The position numbers were made by a program, and so were the translations under genes. From sequence record PP968062.1: 64,000 nucleotides of DNA. One strand, 5' to 3'. The notes beneath the pieces were generated by a model, which searched no databases, was not told where the DNA came from, and saw only the letters and a program-made list of their open reading frames with translations. This document shows positions 56,695-64,000 of the stretch, piece after piece; the stretch's first letter is position 1, and each line of letters begins with the position of its first letter.

Positions 56695-57087
56695 TTAGGC
56701 TTTCGGTGCGTCGCAGTTCTGCGCGATATTACGAAGAACTTCTTTCAGGAGAGCACGCATCCAACCTTCGGAACGAATACCTTGACGGTACTTATGTATG
56801 ATGGTTATCCGCCCGATAGCATCCTTATCGAACTCGTATTCGATCCAGCTGGTTTCTTTATTACGAGTAACCGTCACATTGATAATGAAGCGATCAGGAG
56901 CTTCCGATTTCCAGTCAATGCGAACATCGACTTTGTGATCATCAGGACCTTCGGCGTTCTCTACGATGTACGGAAGTTTCTCCGGGGTTACCTTGTCCAG
57001 GATGAATTGGAACAGGGCAATAGCCACTGCATCGTATTCAACATGGTACAGCTCATTACGACGGAGACGGTGAAATTCCTGATCCAT
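56695..57087 (-). CDS. Hypothetical protein
   Basis: AAGGA RBS. Confidence 0.75.
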   Translation of the reverse strand: MDQEFHRLRRNELYHVEYDAVAIALFQFILDKVTPEKLPYIVENAEGPDDHKVDVRIDWKSEAPDRFIINVTVTRNKETSWIEYEFDKDAIGRITIIHKYRQGIRSEGWMRALLKEVLRNIAQNCDAPKA

Positions 57088-57096
57088 ACCTGTTCC

Positions 57097-57435
57097 TTAG
57101 CGAGTAACGTACTCGGCCCACTTGATGAGAGTTTCAGCTGCTTCACGATAGAGCTCTGCCGATTCGATGCAACCCCGCGTACCGAAATGCAGGATGACTA
57201 CACCACCGTCATGCACGAATGCATCAAAGTGGAGAATCCCCGGACCCGTACCAACAGCGAACGTCCAGGTCTTTACAGTTTCATCAGCACTGGTGTCACC
57301 GATGATGACCTGAGTACCGTTGCAAAAGTGAGTTCGAGTTTCACTCAAGCAATTCGGATTGGTCGTGATCGTATCGGTTACGACCGTGATGATGGTTTTC
57401 TTCCACAACTCTTGGTAACGCTTATCAACGTCCAT
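57097..57435 (-). CDS. Hypothetical protein
   Basis: GGAGG RBS. Confidence 0.75.
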   Translation of the reverse strand: MDVDKRYQELWKKTIITVVTDTITTNPNCLSETRTHFCNGTQVIIGDTSADETVKTWTFAVGTGPGILHFDAFVHDGGVVILHFGTRGCIESAELYREAAETLIKWAEYVTR

Positions 57436-57450
57436 TGACTACCCTCCTTA

Positions 57451-57852
57451 TTACTTGATGCTCGGCATGATCGGTTTGCCATTCTGATCACAGTGGGAAG
57501 AACAGTAAGCAACTGCCTCAGTGAACAGGCTGTTGACTTCCTCCATGTCGGAGATGATGTCATCGGACATCGTACCGCCAACCAGCTGGAAGTCAACACC
57601 GCCAGGAACACCGTAGCTGTATTCCTGAGTGATGTGCCAGATACGATCAGAGACCGTAACTTCAGCACGTACCATGCTCAGACGACGATCGACCGATTCG
57701 TGGTGGAAGGTGACAGTCGCGTCACCGACTTCTACCGTGGGGAGAGCATTGGCAGCTTCACGACGGAAGGAGTTGTTGTAGTAAACGAAGATGGCTTCTG
57801 CTACACGTTGCAGAATGGTGATATGTACACTGGTTTGAATTTCAGCGTTCAT
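57451..57852 (-). CDS. Hypothetical protein
   Basis: GAGGA RBS; first gene after promoter at 57924. Confidence 0.75.
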   Translation of the reverse strand: MNAEIQTSVHITILQRVAEAIFVYYNNSFRREAANALPTVEVGDATVTFHHESVDRRLSMVRAEVTVSDRIWHITQEYSYGVPGGVDFQLVGGTMSDDIISDMEEVNSLFTEAVAYCSSHCDQNGKPIMPSIK

Positions 57853-57923
57853 GAGAATTCCTCTATTGATTATCGATGGTCTTCTTTACGTATTTGAATG
57901 ATAGTCTTTCGAATATCATATTT

Positions 57924-57952
57924 GTAATGTAGGCTTTTAAAACGTTTAAATA
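57924..57952 (-). promoter_or_regulatory. Early promoter variant (TACATTAC)
   Basis: GTAATGTAGGCTTTTAAAACGTTTAAAT. Confidence 0.75.
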
Positions 57953-57996
57953 CAAAAAAAAAGAAATAAACATGGGGAGCCGAAGCTCCCCTATGC

Positions 57997-58557
57997 TTAG
58001 ATAGAACGACACAGGGTAGAATCGAGATTCTGGGTGGATTCCAGGAACACCGAACGCAGATCGATGCCCCAACCACTAATGGCTTCAGCAGCCTCGGGCC
58101 AATATTCGGTACCAAGAGGACTCTCGAAGGCGAAACGAGGGCCGTCGAGATCACGCAGAGTGAACTTGTTAGCATCAATCAGTTCCAGGTGTTGTACCAG
58201 AATGTGGTAGATCACTTGACACAGAATCGACTTACCACGGTGATTACCACCCAGAACCGCGATACGGAGTTCTTTGCTCCACAGTGGATTGATGGCATTG
58301 TTTACCGGGGGAGATACCTTAGTACCACACGGATGAATAGCGTGCTCACTGACAGTCAGATGATAGCCATCAGCCTTGAATCCACTCAAGATTACAGCGG
58401 AATCGAGATCACCATAGTCTTCACGACCATTGTGTATTACTTCGTGGTTAAGACCAAGAGAGGTAAACCCATTAGAAAGCATATTCCGGATAGCCAGGCT
58501 GGTTGCAGGGTCATCAGTGAGAACGAGGATTTGGTTACGTACGTGGTTATACAGCAT
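57997..58557 (-). CDS. Protein with duplicated degenerate P-loop-like unit
   Basis: IAVLGGNHRGKSILCQVI and QILVLTDDPATSLAI. Confidence 0.6.
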   Translation of the reverse strand: MLYNHVRNQILVLTDDPATSLAIRNMLSNGFTSLGLNHEVIHNGREDYGDLDSAVILSGFKADGYHLTVSEHAIHPCGTKVSPPVNNAINPLWSKELRIAVLGGNHRGKSILCQVIYHILVQHLELIDANKFTLRDLDGPRFAFESPLGTEYWPEAAEAISGWGIDLRSVFLESTQNLDSTLCRSI

Positions 58558-58760
58558 TTTGTTTTTCCTTGATTTCGTTAAAGGTCTTTTCGTAGAGGGG
58601 TGCAGTGAGATGGCTTTCAGGGAACACGGGTGCTCCACTTCCACCTCTTACCCAACGGATGTAGGTAGTGGGGTCAAACAGATTACTGCGATTGATTTTT
58701 ACTGGTCATTGAAATATCCTAGTGGATATAAAGCCCAGCCTAAGCTGGGCATTTATGTTA

Positions 58761-58862
58761 TCAGATCCAGTCTTCCTCTTTGGTGATGATACCATCGTAT
58801 TCATCAGAAGAAACACCTTCACCAACACCGATGTAGTCTTCCCAAGAATCAGAAACCTTCAT
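58761..58862 (-). CDS. 33-aa acidic peptide
   Basis: MKVSDSWEDYIGVGEGVSSDEYDGIITKEEDWI, GAGAG RBS, ends at terminator; not in ORF track. Confidence 0.55.
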   Translation of the reverse strand: MKVSDSWEDYIGVGEGVSSDEYDGIITKEEDWI

Positions 58863-58871
58863 AGTCGTCTC

Positions 58872-59177
58872 TCATATAACTTTCCTTACACGGATGGTCA
58901 GTGTTGCGCCATCGTCACTCTTGAAACGGAACAGAGCGGTACCCGGTTCCCAAATCGAAGGAATGACTTTGACGACCCAGTTACGAGCCTTTTTACGGCT
59001 GCGTATATAATGGTCGAGTGCACTGCTAAGCTGCTCCGACCAATGATACTTCTCGAAGTGAGCGATTACCTGGAGGACGTACTCCTTATCACCAACGAAA
59101 GTAGCACGATCGTTCATGTAGTTGGGGATACCAACAGTGAAGACAGCGTGAAGGTGTTGACAAGCGGAAAGGAGCAT
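58872..59177 (-). CDS. Hypothetical protein
   Basis: AGGT RBS. Confidence 0.68.
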   Translation of the reverse strand: MLLSACQHLHAVFTVGIPNYMNDRATFVGDKEYVLQVIAHFEKYHWSEQLSSALDHYIRSRKKARNWVVKVIPSIWEPGTALFRFKSDDGATLTIRVRKVI

Positions 59178-59182
59178 ACCTA

Positions 59183-59439
59183 TTATAACCTCTGGAGAGT
59201 TTGACTGATGATTTCTATACCGAGCCAGCAACCACTTAAAAAAGCAATCCAGAACCATGTCCAAGGAGAAACCCCTTCGAACAAATTAAACCGTTCTCTT
59301 GGAATAAACTCGACTTGAGGGTCAATTACTCTTTGACTAGGTGGTATAGTGCGAACGATGGGGTCAACCTTTATTTGGATTGGTTCTTTAGCTATCGGCG
59401 GTACCGGTACTAAGGATTGGATATCGCGATAGATATCAC
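59183..59439 (-). CDS. Small protein with C-terminal TM
   Basis: GTGA overlap; WTWFWIAFLSGCWLGIEII. Confidence 0.62.
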
Positions 59440-60029
59440 GGACGTCCGTAACTCTGGTCGGCGTCTTCGATGAGCTCTGCGTAGTAGTTCGGGTTTCCCA
59501 CGATAGCCTTGTAGGGGGCCTGGACGTACGCCTTGTAGTACTCTTCATCATAGGCAATCCTTGTGTTGATGTCCCCGTTAAAGAGACGATAGGGCTGGGC
59601 ACCGATCTTCTCCGCAAAGGCTCGAACACGAGCAATGGTTACAGGATAACCTTCAAGGCGCTTACGATCGATGGAGTAAAGAACACTCACATCGTAATTG
59701 AAGAAACTGTTAGTAAGAGTGTAACCCTTATCAACAGCTTCATCATAAGTCTTTTCCAGATAGTCCAGTTTGTTATTGACCACAGTGGCCCATTGATTGA
59801 TCCGGAAGTCTTCTTCCTTGATCAAACGAGGAGCATGTTCAATACGACCCTGGGTTTCTGGTTGAATATCGTGAGCGTCCAACCAATGTTTGGCATCGTT
59901 CAGACGCTCGGGGATTACTTGCGGACCCATCGGGGTACTGGCACAGAACTCTTCTATGAATTGTTCTAGTAAACCTTTTCTAGTCAGTTGCTCAAGGATC
60001 TTCATTTGAAACGCTCCAGGAAAGTCCAA
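59436..60029 (-). CDS. Hypothetical protein
   Basis: Probable start MKILEQ. Confidence 0.75.
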   Translation of the reverse strand: MDFPGAFQMKILEQLTRKGLLEQFIEEFCASTPMGPQVIPERLNDAKHWLDAHDIQPETQGRIEHAPRLIKEEDFRINQWATVVNNKLDYLEKTYDEAVDKGYTLTNSFFNYDVSVLYSIDRKRLEGYPVTIARVRAFAEKIGAQPYRLFNGDINTRIAYDEEYYKAYVQAPYKAIVGNPNYYAELIEDADQSYGRP

Positions 60030-60562
60030 CGTTCGTAAGGGCTGTAAACACGCAGACCAGGATTGGTGATCAGTTCGAGTTGGCCGCCTTCTACGTAAGG
60101 ACGCATAGCCAGTACGAAGTCCTCTTCCGCTCCACGGCAGTTGAGATCAACGTCAGGATCGAAGGTGAAGTCTTCTTTGACGAGGGCGATCATCATATTA
60201 CCTTTCAGATCACTGCCGCTATAGACAGGACGAGGGAACAGAACGATCATCTCACCAGCTTTGTAGTCTTTACGACCAGCAGTCATGGTTTCGAACAGAG
60301 TCTCGGTACGGTCACGCAGGTCTTCCACAGTAGTGGGAAGATGGCGACCACGCAAGAACTTAAGACCGAGATCATGGCGATACACGGTAACTACGTCCGG
60401 GTTGAAGTCGAGCTCTTCCGGAGTAGCATCTTCATAACACGCATGCTTGAAGTCTTCAGTCAGACCACACTTACGAACGATGTCAAAAACATCAGTCGGT
60501 TGCAGTGGAGTCTCTTTACGTTTTTCCAGAGGAGATACAGACAGATCAGGAGTTTCGGACAT
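60002..60562 (-). CDS. Hypothetical protein
   Basis: AGGA RBS. Confidence 0.78.
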   Translation of the reverse strand: MSETPDLSVSPLEKRKETPLQPTDVFDIVRKCGLTEDFKHACYEDATPEELDFNPDVVTVYRHDLGLKFLRGRHLPTTVEDLRDRTETLFETMTAGRKDYKAGEMIVLFPRPVYSGSDLKGNMMIALVKEDFTFDPDVDLNCRGAEEDFVLAMRPYVEGGQLELITNPGLRVYSPYERWTFLERFK

Positions 60563-60614
60563 TTGAGTTTCCTAGTTAAGGTTGATAACACATTATCAGA
60601 GAACTGAGTACTTT

Positions 60615-61067
60615 CTAGTCAGTCCTTCTAAAGGCTTCTTTCCATCCCCGTTTCCAATTGTACTTCGGTGATGAGATCTTAGCGAAGCCATCATCGCTCA
60701 TGAAAATGAAGTGATCACGTTCAACGATCTTTACAATCGCATCAGGAGTATCGGCGTTAGCACGAATACATTCCTTAGCCTGCTTAACGTAGTTACCCCA
60801 TTCATCGATGTAACCTTCTTTGATTTCGTCTACTCGTCCAATCCACATACGAGGAGCGAATAGATAACGGAACCAACCGATGAACAGAATGTAGGATAAC
60901 CACACACCCAGTAACAGAGTACAGAACCACAGAGCGGTAAAGAACGTATGTCCGTCACAGGGAGAAGCTGTGGTCAATTCATGCCAACCACGACGAATCC
61001 AACTGATAGGATTCCACCAGACGATCTCCGCTTTAGGTTGACTGGCGTAACGATGGAATAAGGACAT
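60615..61067 (-). CDS. Membrane protein
   Basis: Trp-rich, one long TM. Confidence 0.75.
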   Translation of the reverse strand: MSLFHRYASQPKAEIVWWNPISWIRRGWHELTTASPCDGHTFFTALWFCTLLLGVWLSYILFIGWFRYLFAPRMWIGRVDEIKEGYIDEWGNYVKQAKECIRANADTPDAIVKIVERDHFIFMSDDGFAKISSPKYNWKRGWKEAFRRTD

Positions 61068-61069
61068 AT

Positions 61070-61351
61070 TTAATCCTTCACGTCGAGAATGGTTTCCCAG
61101 GATTTGTCAGTCTTCAGCTGAATCTTGATTTGGTGCGTATACATCGAGTCCGAATATTTCCTGAATACACTTTTCAGAATGTGTTGCCACCAAGGCATGT
61201 AACGACTGTAACTGACAGTGAAATACTGGTTAGGATCGTAAGCTTCTAGAGCTTTACGAATCGTTTCGGCAAAGAAAGCAAACGCATACACGTTGTTATT
61301 ATACAACAGAGCTGCAATAGCTTTCTTAGGGCCGACGAGGTTTACCTTCAT
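61070..61351 (-). CDS. Hypothetical protein
   Basis: Operon packing. Confidence 0.7.
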   Translation of the reverse strand: MKVNLVGPKKAIAALLYNNNVYAFAFFAETIRKALEAYDPNQYFTVSYSRYMPWWQHILKSVFRKYSDSMYTHQIKIQLKTDKSWETILDVKD

Positions 61352-61712
61352 GGAAAATGTCCATCACGTCAATGGTGGTACTATACTCAACACGAGCATA
61401 CCCAGGTTCTTCGAAGATGACGATGTTGAATTGACCGTCACGCCAAACAAACTTGAAGTAGTTACGAACTGCACTAATCAGGTCTTCTTGGAACTCAGGA
61501 TGGGCGTGTTCTGCCCGGATGAGTCGACAGATCTTCCAGAGAGCGTTGTCGAACTTGTAGTAGACTCGCCGCCCTTCTTCGCCCATCTCTTCCGACAGAA
61601 TACCGACAGTCTGAAGAATAGGAGAGAGTACAGGATCACTCTTCCAGTTAGTTAGCAGGTAGAGTTCCTCACTATCAAGAGCGCGAGCCAGAAACTTTAG
61701 AGCTTGAGACAT
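61326..61712 (-). CDS. Hypothetical protein
   Basis: AAGGTG RBS. Confidence 0.72.
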   Translation of the reverse strand: MSQALKFLARALDSEELYLLTNWKSDPVLSPILQTVGILSEEMGEEGRRVYYKFDNALWKICRLIRAEHAHPEFQEDLISAVRNYFKFVWRDGQFNIVIFEEPGYARVEYSTTIDVMDIFHEGKPRRP

Positions 61713-61763
61713 GTGGTCACCTTTTAACAAAAAATAAATGGGGAGCCGAAGCTCCCCTTTATG

Positions 61764-63128
61764 TCACTCAGCCGAAGCTTGCGCTTCTTTAGCAGCGGCT
61801 TTCTCTTCCTCTTTTTCCTTCTTGAGCAAGTAGCTGTTCGATATGGATTTCCAGGAGAGTACACGTTGGTTGGACTTGAAGACCAGACCTTCGCGGTAGC
61901 CACGTTTGTTCTTGAACGCGGACGGACCTTCAGCCATTGCCAGGACATCTTTAACAGAGGTCTCAGCGGTAGGCTTCCAGGCCGGATCGAATACCGGTAC
62001 GTATTTCAGGCCGAGTTCTTTCACGATGGAACGTGCTTCAGCCGGCAGTAGTTCACGATTGCCATCTTCGTAGACGTTGAACACGAAGTAATCGTAATCG
62101 GCTACTTCTTCAAAGTTATCCTGAATGGACGGGCCAATCAGTTCACCCTGTACGGAGATGTAGCGACCAGTGGTGGCCTGGAAGTTGCGCAGACGTTCGA
62201 TGATCTGCTGTTGATTGGTAACACGTACGAAGTTGTTGTCTTCGATAGCAGTACCTTTTGTCCACAGGGGCCAGATGATACCGTTACGAAGTTTACCTTC
62301 CGGAGTAATCCAGGTCTTCTTGCGGAATACGTTACGGTTACGGATCAGGAAGTTGCCGACCCAGTAACGCAGTTGTTGCAGGAAGCCCCACTTCTCACCA
62401 CCCATACCCAGCTCGTAGTTACGCGAGCAAACGCCAGTACGAACACCTTTATCTTCTACGCAGAACACGGTCATGGAGCTACCATCGAGTTTGTAGGTAA
62501 CTTCCATGTCATCGCCGGCTTCTTTTAGGGTATTGAAAGCAACGGTTTTGTTCTGGATACGATCTTGGTCAGACTTGGTCAGCATTACAGGCCAGGGCTT
62601 CAGCGCGCCACCCAGATCACCAATCAGCTTGACAGCTAGCTTGACGATCCACGGAGCGTTACGTGCAGCGTGAGCTTTCGGTACCATCGGAGGAGCAGAC
62701 TCGTATTTCAGGATACCCAGCTTCAGAGTCAGGTTAGTATCAACCGGCTCGTCTTTGAACTCTTCCGGAATAGGAACCAACAGACCCTGGGACAGCTCTT
62801 TGCGAAGCTTGATGGTTTTCAGACGATGATAGTTCTTACCATCTACACGACGGTTATCGGAACGACGAGCTTCCAGGAAACCGAACAGTGGGATGTTGTC
62901 CAGCGGAAGCAGAGAGTCGATCTCGCAATAGATAGCACGATCGCCTTTCTTGTACTCACCGAGTTTTACGCACAGTTGCCAACCACCAACAATTGCCAGT
63001 TCCAACGCGTCTGCGTTCGGGTGCTTGACTACGTCGTCGATTTCAACGATACGTGCCAGCTTACGAGTTTCTTCTACAACGCCGAAGCCTTCGCGGATCG
63101 GTTTGAGTTCTTCCATTTCGAGAGTCAT
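61764..63128 (-). CDS. RNA ligase, DRB0094/Rnl2-like family
   Basis: N-terminal HPNADALE...GGWQ domain; motif I YKLDGSS; GELIG; EGLVFK; KSISNSYL. Confidence 0.92.
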   Translation of the reverse strand: MTLEMEELKPIREGFGVVEETRKLARIVEIDDVVKHPNADALELAIVGGWQLCVKLGEYKKGDRAIYCEIDSLLPLDNIPLFGFLEARRSDNRRVDGKNYHRLKTIKLRKELSQGLLVPIPEEFKDEPVDTNLTLKLGILKYESAPPMVPKAHAARNAPWIVKLAVKLIGDLGGALKPWPVMLTKSDQDRIQNKTVAFNTLKEAGDDMEVTYKLDGSSMTVFCVEDKGVRTGVCSRNYELGMGGEKWGFLQQLRYWVGNFLIRNRNVFRKKTWITPEGKLRNGIIWPLWTKGTAIEDNNFVRVTNQQQIIERLRNFQATTGRYISVQGELIGPSIQDNFEEVADYDYFVFNVYEDGNRELLPAEARSIVKELGLKYVPVFDPAWKPTAETSVKDVLAMAEGPSAFKNKRGYREGLVFKSNQRVLSWKSISNSYLLKKEKEEEKAAAKEAQASAE

Positions 63129-63207
63129 TTCAGTTTCCTTATTAACAAGGTTTATGTTTTTCTTTCTTCTGTCTACATAACTGAACGAGTCCAGTCGAAT
63201 TTTCCTA

Positions 63208-63606
63208 TTAGGTATTTACACCCCAGTTGTAGTCGTAGTAGGTTTCACAGAAGGTCTTACCTGCGGTATACTTCATGGTGCAGTTGTTGGAATCAACCAG
63301 AGTCGCTAAGTCTTCGAACGGTACAGGGTGACCACTCATCGGAGAGATGATCGTGTAACCGTTGTAGCGCAGATGATCAACCAGAGCAACCATACCAGTT
63401 TCCAAACCGACATTGTAGATGCGGTTTTCTTTCGGAGTCTCAACGATGTACTGTTCACCAGCAGGAATGTCAGTGATCAGACTACGATCGTCATCGGTAC
63501 GAGCTACATCGGCCATGGTCCGACTGATTTCCCAGCAGAACTCATTGAGTACGGGGTTGGATTCTTGCCATTCTTTCTTTTCTTGCAGACGCTGTTCGCA
63601 GGACAT
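63208..63606 (-). CDS. Hypothetical protein
   Basis: First gene after promoter at 63636; GAGG RBS. Confidence 0.75.
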   Translation of the reverse strand: MSCEQRLQEKKEWQESNPVLNEFCWEISRTMADVARTDDDRSLITDIPAGEQYIVETPKENRIYNVGLETGMVALVDHLRYNGYTIISPMSGHPVPFEDLATLVDSNNCTMKYTAGKTFCETYYDYNWGVNT

Positions 63607-63635
63607 TGTAATTACCTCGTTGTGGATGCAAATAA

Positions 63636-63660
63636 GTAATATAGATCTGAAAAAAATTTT
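63636..63660 (-). promoter_or_regulatory. Early promoter (second subtype)
   Basis: GTAATATAGATCTGAAAAAAATTTT. Confidence 0.78.
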
Positions 63661-63697
63661 ATTGACATAAAGGGGAGCCGAAGCTCCCCCATGTCTA

Positions 63698-64000
63698 TTA
63701 CAGAGATGCAGCAATCCGTTCCCGGATCTTAGCCATCGTGTCGTGTTTGTAGAACTCACCATTCTTGAAGAACAGTTTCAGTTCACCCGATTCGGTTTCC
63801 AAAGCATCCCAACTAAGGTCAGCTTCTTGTTCCAGAACGAACTTACCATCTTCGGTCTTCACTACATGCAGGAAACCTTTAGCCGACTTCTTGGAAGAAG
63901 CAGCTTTAGGATCTTTGTACAGCTCAACGAACTCGTCTTCGATCTGAACAGCAGTAGCTTTGACAGCCATGCCGAAAGTATCGCGAGTGTTGTACTGATA
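63698..64000 (-). CDS. nadV: Nicotinamide phosphoribosyltransferase, C-terminal part (continues beyond window)
   Basis: YQYNTRDTFGMAVKAT...KDPK...KKSAKG. Confidence 0.9.
   Translation of the reverse strand, partial: YQYNTRDTFGMAVKATAVQIEDEFVELYKDPKAASSKKSAKGFLHVVKTEDGKFVLEQEADLSWDALETESGELKLFFKNGEFYKHDTMAKIRERIAASL

Larger units (their letters stand above)
2195..63690. terminator. Dispersed family of GC-rich bidirectional hairpins, mostly flanked by CATA...TATG
   Basis: Examples: 2195-2227, 6716-6747, 8433-8462, 9383-9412, about 13430-13461, 14873-14903, 18329-18360, 21676-21708, about 37550, 46207, 47132, 53773, 56660, 57970, 61738, 63666. Confidence 0.85.

Noticed and set aside
1-64000. 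CRISPR array, retron, DGR or integrase
   Set aside because: No regularly spaced direct repeats, reverse transcriptase or recombinase motifs seen; the repeated hairpins are dispersed terminators

Overview
This 64 kb window comes from a phiKZ-like, nucleus-forming jumbo phage (Chimalliviridae-type). A Pseudomonas host is likely but inferred. No searches were run; family calls rest on motifs read from the sequence and on recall. Layout: (1) 1-9.2 kb: terminase large subunit, DUF1353, DHFR, a ChmB-like protein, class Ia nrdAB. (2) 9.2-17 kb: a + strand tRNA region (Leu-UAA, Asn, Tyr, Leu-UAG, Thr-UGU, pseudo-Ser, Asp) with an AT-rich kelch-gene island, an HNH endonuclease and many short structured non-coding segments. 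(3) 17-21.7 kb: virion-type genes broken by several single-base frameshifts. (4) 21.7-64 kb: a long minus-strand early region of about 85 small genes behind TATATTAC-type promoters, including a BCS1-like AAA ATPase, HslV/Ntn-fold paralogs, an ART-like protein, a CX5R phosphatase, SPFH, a pilin-like protein, GNAT, an HD hydrolase, an RNA ligase and the 3' end of NAMPT. Best leads: an HNH cassette that truncates a tRNA-Thr(UGU) and carries a replacement long-variable-arm tRNA-Thr(UGU); a set of about ten apparent structured ncRNAs, including a roughly 340-nt one at 23.1-23.5 kb; and a type IV pilin-like protein lacking the prepilin cleavage site.
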